A stretch of 64,000 bases of DNA, taken from the NCBI GenBank assembly GCA_965204745.1, contig OZ242010.1, positions 3,584,001 to 3,648,000 of the forward strand, written 5' to 3'. The stretch is from Candidatus Latescibacterota bacterium. Its GTDB lineage: Bacteria; Latescibacterota; UBA2968. The number at the start of each line of letters is the position of its first letter. Position 1 is the first letter of the stretch. Below are positions 18,308 to 28,291 of this stretch, one piece after another. The position numbers and the translations under genes were made by a program. The notes under the pieces were generated by a model, which was not told where the DNA came from, did not search any database, and saw nothing but the letters and a program-made list of their open reading frames with translations.

Positions 18308-18370
18308 AGAGGTGAGAGGTGAGAGGCGAGAGGCAAGAGGCGAGAGGGGAGAGGGGAGAGGGAAGAGGCA
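18308..18370 (-). repeat. heptamer array flanking IS110 copy 3
   Basis: AGGTGAG/AGGCGAG/AGGCAAG/AGGGGAG/AGGGAAG units. Confidence 0.9.
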
Positions 18371-18387
18371 AGATACTCTCTTAAAGG

Positions 18388-19395
18388 TCAAGGGGATTGC
18401 GGGGCGATTCGATAGAATTTCTCGCCCTCAAAATCTTGGTCATGCCGCAACATGCCCCAGATTGAATGGAGCAACTTTCGCATCACCGCAACGATAGCCT
18501 GCAAAGGTTTCTTGCCGCGGGCAATGAGTTGGTCATAGAAGGCTTTGACATGGACTTCGTGTCTGATGGCCACCCAGGCAGGCATATAGAGGGCATGGCG
18601 GAGGTACTTATTCCCGGTTTTCGAGATGCGTCTTTGTGGGTTGGCGGTTCCGGATTGTTTGGGTTTGGGATCCAGGCCTGCATGTGCGACCCACTGGGGC
18701 GGTTGCATCTCCTCAGGCAAAAGGGTCAACTCGGCCAAGAGCCGCAAGGCGCTCGTTTGTGCGATGCCAGGCGTCGAGCAGAGGCGTTGGTAGGCGCGCT
18801 TGAGGGTCTCATCGTGCAAAACGAGATCGAGGGCTTGGTCTTCCAAGTATGCAATCCGGCGTTTGAGGTGTCGAATATTCACCTGAATATCGCGTGCGAT
18901 GCGCCGTGTGCTCAGGATGTGGTAGCTTTGCGCGTGGTTGCGGCTCTGTTCACTGATGATCACCTGCTTGAGTTGGTCAATGCGTCTGGTGAGGGCTTGC
19001 AGTTGAAGCCGTTGCTCACTCGGCGCTTGCCAAGGCACAAACGGCATGCGCTCGGCATAATCCATGATCAACAACGCATCCTTCGCATCCGTCTTGGCTC
19101 GTTGCATGCGGGCTTGACCGTACTTGCTCATCGCTTTGGGATTGACGACCATGACCTTTGTGTGGCGATGCCGATGCAAGGCCAAGGCCACCCCCAAGCT
19201 GTAAAGCCCGGTCGCTTCGAGGCACACAGAGACCATGTGCCCGCCCTTGGTGAGCCACTTCAGCAACCGCTTATGGGCTTGGGGATCATTGGCAAAGGTC
19301 GCTTGCATGACAGCTTGTCCGGGTCTGGACAGGGCAACAGACAACGTGCGGGCACTGACATCAATGCCGGCGAAAGCGGGTTGAGATTTCGACAT
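18388..19395 (-). CDS. IS110-family transposase / bridge recombinase, 335 aa
   Basis: protein identical to copy 2. Confidence 0.97.
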   Translation of the reverse strand: MSKSQPAFAGIDVSARTLSVALSRPGQAVMQATFANDPQAHKRLLKWLTKGGHMVSVCLEATGLYSLGVALALHRHRHTKVMVVNPKAMSKYGQARMQRAKTDAKDALLIMDYAERMPFVPWQAPSEQRLQLQALTRRIDQLKQVIISEQSRNHAQSYHILSTRRIARDIQVNIRHLKRRIAYLEDQALDLVLHDETLKRAYQRLCSTPGIAQTSALRLLAELTLLPEEMQPPQWVAHAGLDPKPKQSGTANPQRRISKTGNKYLRHALYMPAWVAIRHEVHVKAFYDQLIARGKKPLQAIVAVMRKLLHSIWGMLRHDQDFEGEKFYRIAPQSP

Positions 19396-19449
19396 GGGGG
19401 CCTCCTGTGATGAGGGGTTGTAAGGGGTCTGGTGTGCGCTCGAGTTCGA

Positions 19450-19646
19450 TCCCGACCATTGACGCCAAGTCTACCGGTCTTGTATATGCAGCCTCAAGGG
19501 ACTTAGATACTCTTCGGCATAGACCCGGCGGTCGGGGGGCCTATCTTACCTACAAGGTCATCGCCTTCAAGAGGGGCCGGCCTTCCCCGAGCCGGGCATC
19601 AAGATGGCTTATCTCGATACGAGGGCGCAACTCCTAATTAACCCTT
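19450..19646 (-). ncRNA. bridge RNA of IS110 copy 3
   Basis: same four guide segments. Confidence 0.86.
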
Positions 19647-19662
19647 ACTTCCAAGATACAAG

Positions 19663-19864
19663 AGGGGAGAGGGAAGAGGGGAGAGGGAAGAGGGGAGAGG
19701 GAAGAGGGGAGAGGCGAGAGGTGAGACAGTCCCGCCGCCATTAACCGTAGGGATAGGCCCCTGTGTTCGCCCGAAGATACAAGAGGGAAGACGCAAGACG
19801 CAAGACGCAAGACGCAAGACGCAAGACGCAAGACGGGAGAGGGGTGGCCTTCTCACGTCTTGCT
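19663..19864. repeat. heptamer arrays (AGGGGAG/AGGGAAG, ACGCAAG x6) with an embedded GTAG-type REP at 19747-19772
   Basis: direct reading. Confidence 0.9.
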
Positions 19865-22009
19865 TTTGATCTTTTGCTGGTGGAGGAAGGTGCGGACGAG
19901 GCGGAGTTCGTCGTAGGAATAGGCGTCTTCGAGGAGGTTTTTGATCGGTGTTAGGGCCATGCTACCCGAGGTGTGGAAGGCGGATTTGATTTTCTCGACG
20001 TGTTCCTGTGGCGGCATGAGGGGGCGGATGTCCAGGTCCTCGCCCGCCAAAATCAGGCGTTCTATGTGGCTGATGACCGTGCCTTCGGCGAGGCCGCGCT
20101 GTTTTGCCATCTCTGCGATAGACAGCCCTTGTTGTAGCAATTGTTTGGTCAGGTCGTAGGTCGAGCCTTTTTGCCGGGCCGTGCGATTTCTGGCGCGCCG
20201 TTGGGAGGGCAAGTCGCGTTCCGTCAAGGCGTGTTGGCTGGCGTGGTCGCAGATGGTGGATAAGAACGCGTCGCCGAGTTGGGCCAATTTCACCGCGCCC
20301 ACGCCGGAGATGCGAGACAGGCTTTCGCGGGATTGGGGGATGTAGTAGGCCATTTGCTGGAGCGTGGCGTCGCTGAAGATGATGTAGGGCGGCACGTTTT
20401 GTTCGCGTGCAATGTGGCTTCGCAGTCCGCGCAACGCTTCAAAGAGCGTCCGATCATAGTCGAGTGTTGCGCGGGTCAAAGCCGGCGGGGCTTCCTCGCG
20501 TTTTCGCCGGGTGAGGGTGAGGCGGGCGCGGGTTTTGAGGAAGTTGTATCCCTCCTCTGTGACGCCCAAGGTGGGGTATTCCCCGCTGTTTTTGTACAGG
20601 AGACCCCGGGCGATCAGTAGCCCTGCGATTTCTTTGAGGTCGTCATCCGAAAAGTCGTCGACAATGCCGTACACGCTGAGTTTGTCGTGCCCGAGTTCTC
20701 TGATGCGTTTAATGTTCGCCCCCCGCAGCACTTGGCTGACATGGCCGATGCCGAACCGCTCGTTTGTCCGCACCACAGCGGATAGCATTTTTTGCGCGAT
20801 GATCGTGGCGTCGAATGTCTCTGTGTCGGCGACGCAGACGTCGCATCCTCCGCAATTTTCTTTGTGCCAAGGTTGACCGAAATAGGATAGTAGGTATTGC
20901 CTGCGGCACGTTTGCAACTCGCAAAACGCGATGGTCTGCGCCAGTTTTTCCAGTGCGTTTTCCCGCTCGGGTTCGTCTGTAATTTGGTCGATGAAAAAGT
21001 CGTGCTTTCTCTTGTCCGCAGAGGAGTAGAACAACACGCAGTCGCTGGGCAAGCCATCGCGCCCGGCCCTGCCGGTTTCTTGGTAATAGCCCTCGAGGGA
21101 CTTGGGCAAGTCGTAGTGGACGATCAAGCGGATGTCGGATTTGTCGATGCCCATGCCAAAGGCGATAGTCGCCACGATGATGGGCACTTCGTCGCGGATG
21201 AACTTTTCCTGCGTTTGGCTGCGCGTGTCGTGTTCCAAGCCCGCGTGGTAGGGCAATGCGGGAAATCCCTCGTCGCTGAGCCCTGCGGCGACTGCCTCGG
21301 TGTCTTTGCGGGAAAAGCAGTAGATGATGACCGATTCGCCCCGGTGCGTTTCGAGCAGATCCAAAAGCGCGCCAAAGGCTTTTCGCTTGGGCCGCACCGC
21401 GTACTTGAGGTTGGCGCGGTCAAAGCTGGCGATGAAGTGTTGCGGTTCGCACAGGCCGAGTTGGGCGACGATGTCCTCGCGCACGCGCTCGGTGGCCGTG
21501 GCGGTCAGCGCGATAAAGGGCACATGCGACAGGCTGCGGCGCAGGTCGCCGAGGTTGCGATAATCCGGGCGGAAATCGTGCCCCCATTCGGAGATGCAAT
21601 GCGCTTCATCCACGGCGACGAGGCTGACTTGGAGTGGTTGCAAAAAATTTCTGAACCCCGGCAACGCCAGTCTTTCAGGGGCGATGTACAGAATTTTGAG
21701 CACGCCCTGCTGCGCGAGGGCTTGAACCCGGCGCATTTCGGGGTAGGACAAGGTGCTGTTGATGAACGCCGCTTCAATGCCGTTGGATTTCAGGGCATCT
21801 ACTTGGTCTTTCATGAGGGCGATCAGCGGGGAGACGACCAGCGTCAGTCCGTTGAACCGCAGCGCGGGCAGTTGATAGCACAAAGACTTGCCCCCGCCCG
21901 TGGGCATGATCACCAGCGCGTCCCTGCGTTGCATCACGCTGGCGATGATCTCTTCCTGAAGCGGCAGAAAATCGTCATAGCCGAAGTGGTTTTTTAGAAG
22001 ATCGAGCAT
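19853..22009 (-). CDS. recQ: DNA helicase RecQ
   Basis: MPTGGGKSLCYQ, DEAHC, YYQETGRAGRDG, RQC, HRDC and C-terminal HTH. Confidence 0.97.
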   Translation of the reverse strand: MLDLLKNHFGYDDFLPLQEEIIASVMQRRDALVIMPTGGGKSLCYQLPALRFNGLTLVVSPLIALMKDQVDALKSNGIEAAFINSTLSYPEMRRVQALAQQGVLKILYIAPERLALPGFRNFLQPLQVSLVAVDEAHCISEWGHDFRPDYRNLGDLRRSLSHVPFIALTATATERVREDIVAQLGLCEPQHFIASFDRANLKYAVRPKRKAFGALLDLLETHRGESVIIYCFSRKDTEAVAAGLSDEGFPALPYHAGLEHDTRSQTQEKFIRDEVPIIVATIAFGMGIDKSDIRLIVHYDLPKSLEGYYQETGRAGRDGLPSDCVLFYSSADKRKHDFFIDQITDEPERENALEKLAQTIAFCELQTCRRQYLLSYFGQPWHKENCGGCDVCVADTETFDATIIAQKMLSAVVRTNERFGIGHVSQVLRGANIKRIRELGHDKLSVYGIVDDFSDDDLKEIAGLLIARGLLYKNSGEYPTLGVTEEGYNFLKTRARLTLTRRKREEAPPALTRATLDYDRTLFEALRGLRSHIAREQNVPPYIIFSDATLQQMAYYIPQSRESLSRISGVGAVKLAQLGDAFLSTICDHASQHALTERDLPSQRRARNRTARQKGSTYDLTKQLLQQGLSIAEMAKQRGLAEGTVISHIERLILAGEDLDIRPLMPPQEHVEKIKSAFHTSGSMALTPIKNLLEDAYSYDELRLVRTFLHQQKIKSKT

Positions 22010-22027
22010 GAGGAATTGTCAGTTGTC

Positions 22028-22297
22028 AATGCGAATTAAGAGTTGGATCCATCGCGTACTTGTCTTTTCTTGAGGGCGCAACCCTTTCACCCTTAAAGGA
22101 AGGAGCGCGCGATGGATTGGCAAGATAAACGCATTCACTTGTATGTCTCTATTTATCAGCAGTATGACCAAAAGCATCTGTGGTTTTATACACAACGCAT
22201 GAGTAATAACGACACGCCGACCTTCACAGATGAAGAAGTGCTGACGATCTCTTTGTTTGGGATCATGCAACAACACACGCAGATCAAGGCGCGTTGA
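22028..22297 (+). mobile_element. left-end remnant of an IS (IS982-like DDE transposase N-terminus, 22112-22297)
   Basis: terminal AATGCGAATTAAGAGT, RBS, RMSNN...FTDEEVLTISLFG; truncated. Confidence 0.65.
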
Positions 22298-22770
22298 TAC
22301 AACACCGCGTTGTCGTAGATGTGATCGCGCTCAAAAGCCGCGCAATACGTTCGATACAGGTGTTGCAACAAGTGATGCCGCCCACCTTTGCCAGAGACCG
22401 AATCGGGTTCCAATCCCGCGGCGTGCAAGACGTGCAGGGTTCGCAAAAACGGCCGCGTGAGCGCGGCGGCTTGTTGGGCAAAATAATCATCATCAACTTC
22501 GCGCACGACGCGGGGAATCATTTGGTCCAGCCAGAACAAATCCGCATCTTGGGCGAGGCGCGCTCGTCCCTCTGCGACGAGCAACGCGCCCGCGTCCTTT
22601 TCGGCCAGACTGCGCGGCGTCTCGATTTGCAAGTTCATCCATGAGTACCCCGTCGCCGCAAGCCCCATCCCCAGGTTGTGCCCGATGCTCATCGCGGGGA
22701 CGATCAAGACTTTCGGCTCAATCGGATGCGCGTCGCAAAATGCCTTCAGTTGTGCGAGGTGATAGTGCAT
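22290..22770 (-). pseudogene. N-terminal fragment, probably of an AddB-like/PD-(D/E)XK family protein, truncated at the IS remnant
   Basis: KVLIVP...GHNL...WMNLQIETP; ORF runs into IS sequence. Confidence 0.5.
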
Positions 22771-22879
22771 AATGAAAAAAAACGAAATTCTGGAGAGAAT
22801 GGCAAAGAGGAAAAGCAGATCGCTTCTTGCATTATAGGTTTTGTTGTTGATGAATACGATGAATAATAGCAGGGAGCGA

Positions 22880-25669
22880 TCAGTTTATATAGTCGTTCCA
22901 GTCTGAAGTGTGGAATTCGTCTTGAACGACTCTCAGGCGGGATGGAAATCTTCCATTGTAAGTAATGCCCAGAAATTCCGCTGCTCGGGTCAAACTTACA
23001 TAGAGATATTTGTCTACAAGGTTAGGGGTGTTTCTCTGAATCTTATCCACATCTACCAAAAACGCGCCTTGAAACTCAAGACCTTTGATGTATTTGACGC
23101 TGAAGATACGAACCTTTTCACCGTCGCCAACTTTTCCATCAATGCACTTGTCAAGTTCAAAGGCACGATCATTGAGAGGATATACCAAAGTGTCATAGAG
23201 AGGTTCAATATCTGACTCCTCGGGTACGAAGATAGCGATAGATGGCAAGCGGTTTTCATGGATTCTATAAATTTCAGAAATGCGCTCAGACAACCATTCA
23301 GCTAGTGCATCTCGATCCTTCTTGGCATTAAATTGCAAAGGAGGAGGATCATTTTTGTTTTTTTTATATACAGTCTGGAAGGGAGCTTCCTTTTTCATGA
23401 TCTGAACATAGAGATTTTTTGCGACCTGCAATAATCTGGCACTTTGCCGATAGTTTTTGTCCAGCGTGTGCGGTGTAAATTCTTTTAGAAACAGATCACA
23501 CTCTTGCCAATCAGCCAGCCCGTGATTTGTTACGCGTTGCATGGGATCACCCGAAAGCACAAGTGAATTGACGTTCGGGTGTGAGAGAAAAAACATACAT
23601 CCCAATTGCAAAGACGAAAAATCAGTGGCTTCATCAACGAGTACCTGGATTCTATATTCGTCATGAATATTTTCAAGAATCTGGTTTGGAAGCATTGGGG
23701 AGGAAAGTAGGTCTCTATGGCGGTTAAAAATTGATCGCGCATTTTTCAGCATGATAAAAATTAACAGATCAACTTCAGATCGAGAAAGCTTGTTCTCTCG
23801 TATATCTGCTGTGTGGTCAGTTTTTAGATAAGTACTCTTTTCTCGAAGTAGTATCCGACGGAATCTGTTGTAATATACTGGTATCCGATTCAATAGGATT
23901 TCATACCCCTTCGTCAATGGGCTTATAGACCGTAGATCCAAATGTCTCTTGCCCAATTCGACAAGCGTTTTTTCGTTACCAAATGCCGTTGCTACACCTT
24001 GTTTCTCAAGTACTGATTCCACACATTGAATAATTGGCCAATACTTTTTGCTCTGTGTACTTTTCCTGTCTCTCGCCAGCCATTCGACATACCAAGCAAT
24101 AGCCAGCTTAATGCCGTTTACCGCTTGAACACGTTGGTATTGTTCCGCACGGCTTCGCTCCAAAGCAGATATTCCTTCAAAGTCTTCAAGGGATTCACCC
24201 TCGTCCTCGTCTTCCTCTTCCGCAACCATTTGGGCAGTCTCCGAATTTGATTCTTTCTGGAGTAACTCAACGACAGCTTTTAGAACTCCCTTTTTTTGGA
24301 TAATAGTATCGGTGAGCTTTCCCATGTCTTTTTTTAGCTCTTCACGCAATTTCTCAAAAATGGCTTGAAGTTTAGCAAGTTCATCTACAAACTCAACTTG
24401 CTTGTCTGTGTTGGCCAGGGCTTCTTGGGAGTATTTACCAGTGATGCGTTTCAACCCACTTAGTAACTCTGGATTGGTTTTGTTTTTTCGGAGTGTTCTC
24501 ATCACTTCGCGGCAGGTCTTCCAGATTGTTTCCTTCACATACTTCTCAAATCGCTTGGTGTATCGTATCAACTGCCGGTTCTGAGTTCTTGCAAGAATTT
24601 CATCTCTCCCTAAACGGAACAAACCTTTACTGCCATCTCTCACTTTAAGTATATCCAAGTAGCCCGTTCGGGCAAGACGGGTTTGCCAGGTTTCCCACGT
24701 CGCGATATTAGCTTCTGCAATTCCTTCCTTGTTCATGGCTTCTTTGAGGTAGCCCTTCAGAAGATCGCTAGGCGTGAACATAACCCATTGTTTGTTTTGG
24801 TCAAATAGTTGGTTAATTTTTTTTTGTTTCAGAAATTTTTCTTCATCGGAGAGAAACTCTTCTCTGGACTTTTGTGAAATACGCTTAACAAGTGTGGTTG
24901 TTTTTCCTGTACCAGGCGCACCTGTGAGGATAATCTGTGAACCCAATGGAAGGCGAAATATCTCATCCTGATGTTGGTCAAGTATTGGTCTATCGATCAA
25001 TTCCAATTTTTGTCGGATCGCTCTCCGCCTACTCTGCTGACGCACTCTATCACGCTTTAGATGTTCTTCCAATGCCGTTGCTTCTTCACTTGCTTTGCGT
25101 GCTTCTTCTTCATCCAATTCCTCTATCTCGGAGGGAGTGATCAATTCTATAAGTTGACGAAGAGATTCGGTTGAAATATGGCCTTTTTCCAAATAAAATT
25201 GGTTATCGGTTCCATCCCATTCCCCTTCGGACTTTACCGGCCTAAAGATCGTCTTTTCAAGAACTTGATAGCTGAATCCATTCACAGAAATTTGCTGATC
25301 TAAATCAAGGGCAGTGACTCGACCAAGAGGACTTTTGTAACTGGCAAAAAAACTGTTGTCTTTTTTGGGATTTTGACGTGCAGGCGGTGCATAGTTACGA
25401 CAAAAAATTAAATAGGTCTCTGTTTGATCTCGGAGGCATTTGACATAGGCAATAAAGGGTTCTTTTTCCAACTCGCGCATTTGTTGTTCAACAATGGCCT
25501 GACTCTTTCTACTTGAGGAAATTACCGTCGAATTGGCGCGTGTTGTGGGTGGTATAACAGCAGGAACACTGGTTTGGTAATCAATCTTGAAGTGGTCAAG
25601 TTCTACTATGATATCTTGTGCGACCTCACTTGCGCGTGTCTGTGCTTCATTTCGATTTGCTTTATCCAT
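22880..25669 (-). CDS. superfamily-1 (UvrD/HelD-like) helicase-fold ATPase, AT-rich
   Basis: GAPGTGKT, VDEATDF, GDPMQR, NYRQS, KGLEF, LYVSLTRA. Confidence 0.88.
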   Translation of the reverse strand: MDKANRNEAQTRASEVAQDIIVELDHFKIDYQTSVPAVIPPTTRANSTVISSSRKSQAIVEQQMRELEKEPFIAYVKCLRDQTETYLIFCRNYAPPARQNPKKDNSFFASYKSPLGRVTALDLDQQISVNGFSYQVLEKTIFRPVKSEGEWDGTDNQFYLEKGHISTESLRQLIELITPSEIEELDEEEARKASEEATALEEHLKRDRVRQQSRRRAIRQKLELIDRPILDQHQDEIFRLPLGSQIILTGAPGTGKTTTLVKRISQKSREEFLSDEEKFLKQKKINQLFDQNKQWVMFTPSDLLKGYLKEAMNKEGIAEANIATWETWQTRLARTGYLDILKVRDGSKGLFRLGRDEILARTQNRQLIRYTKRFEKYVKETIWKTCREVMRTLRKNKTNPELLSGLKRITGKYSQEALANTDKQVEFVDELAKLQAIFEKLREELKKDMGKLTDTIIQKKGVLKAVVELLQKESNSETAQMVAEEEDEDEGESLEDFEGISALERSRAEQYQRVQAVNGIKLAIAWYVEWLARDRKSTQSKKYWPIIQCVESVLEKQGVATAFGNEKTLVELGKRHLDLRSISPLTKGYEILLNRIPVYYNRFRRILLREKSTYLKTDHTADIRENKLSRSEVDLLIFIMLKNARSIFNRHRDLLSSPMLPNQILENIHDEYRIQVLVDEATDFSSLQLGCMFFLSHPNVNSLVLSGDPMQRVTNHGLADWQECDLFLKEFTPHTLDKNYRQSARLLQVAKNLYVQIMKKEAPFQTVYKKNKNDPPPLQFNAKKDRDALAEWLSERISEIYRIHENRLPSIAIFVPEESDIEPLYDTLVYPLNDRAFELDKCIDGKVGDGEKVRIFSVKYIKGLEFQGAFLVDVDKIQRNTPNLVDKYLYVSLTRAAEFLGITYNGRFPSRLRVVQDEFHTSDWNDYIN

Positions 25670-25774
25670 CTTTGAATCCTCCTTTTGCAATGAATGTGCG
25701 AATCAGTAACTGATAATAAAAAATACCATCACAAAAAGCCAGCAGAAAAGCCATCACGCATCGCGTTCAATGTA

Positions 25775-28243
25775 TCATTCACACCGCAAGGTGACGATGG
25801 GATTTGCGCGGGCGGCTTTCCACGCTTGCGTGCTCACGGTCAATAGCGCGATGCCATAAGTTAGCAGGCCGCCGAGCACAAAGGGTGTGGCACTCAGGTC
25901 GATCCGGTACGCGAAATGTTGCAAGTAGTGATCCATCGCTACGTAAATAATGGGCCAGGCGATCAGATTTGCTATGCCGATCAGCGCGACAAATTCCCGC
26001 GATAACATCACCACCACGTTCCACGCGGACGCGCCCATGACTTTGCGGATGCCGATCTCTTTTGTCCGTTGCTCCGCGGTAAATGCCGCCAAGCCAAACA
26101 GCCCCAAACACGCGACAAAAATTGCGATGACAAATGCCGTGCGGAATATGTGTCCAACGCGCAGATCGTCCCGGTACCAGCGGTCTAAGCGGTCCGTCGC
26201 AAATGCGAGTTCGGGGGCGCGACTCGGCATAAACCGCGACCAGGTGCGTTCTAAAAACGCCATTGTTTCGGCCACCCCTTGCGACTGGATCCGGATGGAG
26301 AGGTGGCTCAGTCGGTACCACGCCGCGGTGATGACCAGCGGTTCGATAGGCTCGTACAGATGCCGAAAGTGAAAGTCCTTGACGATGCCGATTACGCGGC
26401 CTTTGCGGACATGGGACGTCAGCACCTTGCCCACCGGGTCCGTCCAACCAAATACTGCCGCGGCGGTTTCGTTTAAGACGAACAACTCGCCCGGTTTGCC
26501 GCGTCTTTCCGATGCCCGTTCCGCGTACGTGCGGTCGTAATTTCGCCCGGCCAGCAGGGGAATGTCATAGCACGCCAAAAATGCCTCGTCCGCGCCAAAA
26601 ACGCGCACTTCAACGCCTCGGGATGGATCGCCTTCGGGAAAAAACCACTCGCGGTGGGGCCAGCTATGCCCCGGCAAATCCGAGGTTGCCGACGCGGTGA
26701 TGACGCTCGGATGTCGGGAAAAAGCCGCTCGCACTTGGAGGTGTCGTTTTTGCAACTGCCCGCTGTCGCGCAGGTGGCGATCCCGTTGGAATATGGATGC
26801 GACGACGACTTCATCTTTGTTGAACCCCAGGTCCTTGTCCCGAACCAAGCGCATCTGATCGGCGACGATGAGGGTGCCGATGACGAGGGCTATTGAAATC
26901 GCAAATTGCACCACCACCAGGCCTTTTCGCACGCGGCCTTGCCCCGGCCCGGCTTTGATGGCTCCACCCTTCAAGACCGTTGCGGGCTGGAATGCAGAGA
27001 GATATAGGGCGGGATAGGTGGCCGATAACAGGCCGACAACCAGGGCGATTCCCGCGACCCAAATCGCCACCTCGCCATCCAACATCAGGTCTTCGCGCAC
27101 AAAAGCGCTGAACGCGGGCAACGCGAGACAGACCAAGCCGAGGGCCACGACTGCGGCGAGCAGGGATAACAATAGGGATTCGCCCAAAAATTGCGCCATG
27201 AGATGCGCGCGATGCGCGCCGACCACTTTTCGCATTCCCACTTCTTTGGCGCGGTTGGCGGAGCGGGCCGTGGATAGGTTCATAAAGTTGATGCACGCGA
27301 TGAGCAAGATGAAGGCCCCCACCAAGCCGAGCAGATATATTTGAGAGATGTCTTTGTATGGCCTTCCGGAATCGCCCACGAACCCCGGCATGTCGGTTTT
27401 GGAATACAGGTGCATGCGCGTTGTGGGATGCAAGTAATAGCGCGCGGTTTCGGTTTCGTCTTCTGCGATTTCCGCGTACCGCTCGACCAAGCCCGGGAGT
27501 TTTTGGGCGACGGCTTCGGGATCGGCCCCGGGTTTGAGGCGCAAGTACGTATTTGCCGGGCGCGAGTACGAGGGCGGCAACCAGTGATCCCACGACCTGC
27601 GCTGTCGAACGCCCCGTGGCATGGTGGCGGTGATAAAGTCGTACTGAAAGCGCGAGTTGCGCGGGGCTTCCCGAATGATGCCGGCGATCTGGTATTCGCC
27701 GCCGAACAGATTGTGGTCGACCGAGATCACTTTGCCCATGGGATCGGCACCGTTGAAAAACTTCCGCGCAACCGGTGCGGTCACGACGACGGAGAATGGC
27801 TCTTGCAATGCGGTTTGGGGATCGCCTGCCAATACCTCGATCCCGAAAAACGCAAACACATTGGGGTCGCTGAGCCAGAACATTTGCGACGTTGCCATTT
27901 CTCGGTATTGCACCTGGCGCGTACCACTCCAAAACCGGACCGCGGCTTCCACTTCGGGAAATTCTTCGGGCAATACGGTTGCCAGTGGGCCTTGTTGCCC
28001 GCTGTGCCAGGCAATCCTGCCATTTGCGTGTCGGATTTGTTTCATCACGCGATAGGTGCGCGCCGCTTCTGGGCGAAACCGGTCATAGCTCAACTCATGG
28101 CGGATATAAACCACGAGCAGAATCGCGCACGCCATGCCAATCGCCAATCCCAAGAGGTTGATCGCGGAATAAATCGGATGCCGCAGCGCGTTCCGGGTGG
28201 CTATGGCGAGGCAATTTTTCCCGAGTATGGCTATTCGTTTCAT
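25775..28243 (-). CDS. MacB/FtsX-family ABC transporter permease
   Basis: LLIACINFMNLSTARS, RAKEVGMRKVVGA, RTKEIGIRKVMGAS. Confidence 0.93.
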   Translation of the reverse strand: MKRIAILGKNCLAIATRNALRHPIYSAINLLGLAIGMACAILLVVYIRHELSYDRFRPEAARTYRVMKQIRHANGRIAWHSGQQGPLATVLPEEFPEVEAAVRFWSGTRQVQYREMATSQMFWLSDPNVFAFFGIEVLAGDPQTALQEPFSVVVTAPVARKFFNGADPMGKVISVDHNLFGGEYQIAGIIREAPRNSRFQYDFITATMPRGVRQRRSWDHWLPPSYSRPANTYLRLKPGADPEAVAQKLPGLVERYAEIAEDETETARYYLHPTTRMHLYSKTDMPGFVGDSGRPYKDISQIYLLGLVGAFILLIACINFMNLSTARSANRAKEVGMRKVVGAHRAHLMAQFLGESLLLSLLAAVVALGLVCLALPAFSAFVREDLMLDGEVAIWVAGIALVVGLLSATYPALYLSAFQPATVLKGGAIKAGPGQGRVRKGLVVVQFAISIALVIGTLIVADQMRLVRDKDLGFNKDEVVVASIFQRDRHLRDSGQLQKRHLQVRAAFSRHPSVITASATSDLPGHSWPHREWFFPEGDPSRGVEVRVFGADEAFLACYDIPLLAGRNYDRTYAERASERRGKPGELFVLNETAAAVFGWTDPVGKVLTSHVRKGRVIGIVKDFHFRHLYEPIEPLVITAAWYRLSHLSIRIQSQGVAETMAFLERTWSRFMPSRAPELAFATDRLDRWYRDDLRVGHIFRTAFVIAIFVACLGLFGLAAFTAEQRTKEIGIRKVMGASAWNVVVMLSREFVALIGIANLIAWPIIYVAMDHYLQHFAYRIDLSATPFVLGGLLTYGIALLTVSTQAWKAARANPIVTLRCE

Positions 28244-28291
28244 ACAATTCCATTCGGCCAGGCACGGGGGCATGACAACTGACAACTGCCT

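Larger units (their letters stand above)
18371..19662 (-). mobile_element. IS110-family element, copy 3
   Basis: same ends, core and target as copies 1 and 2. Confidence 0.95.
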
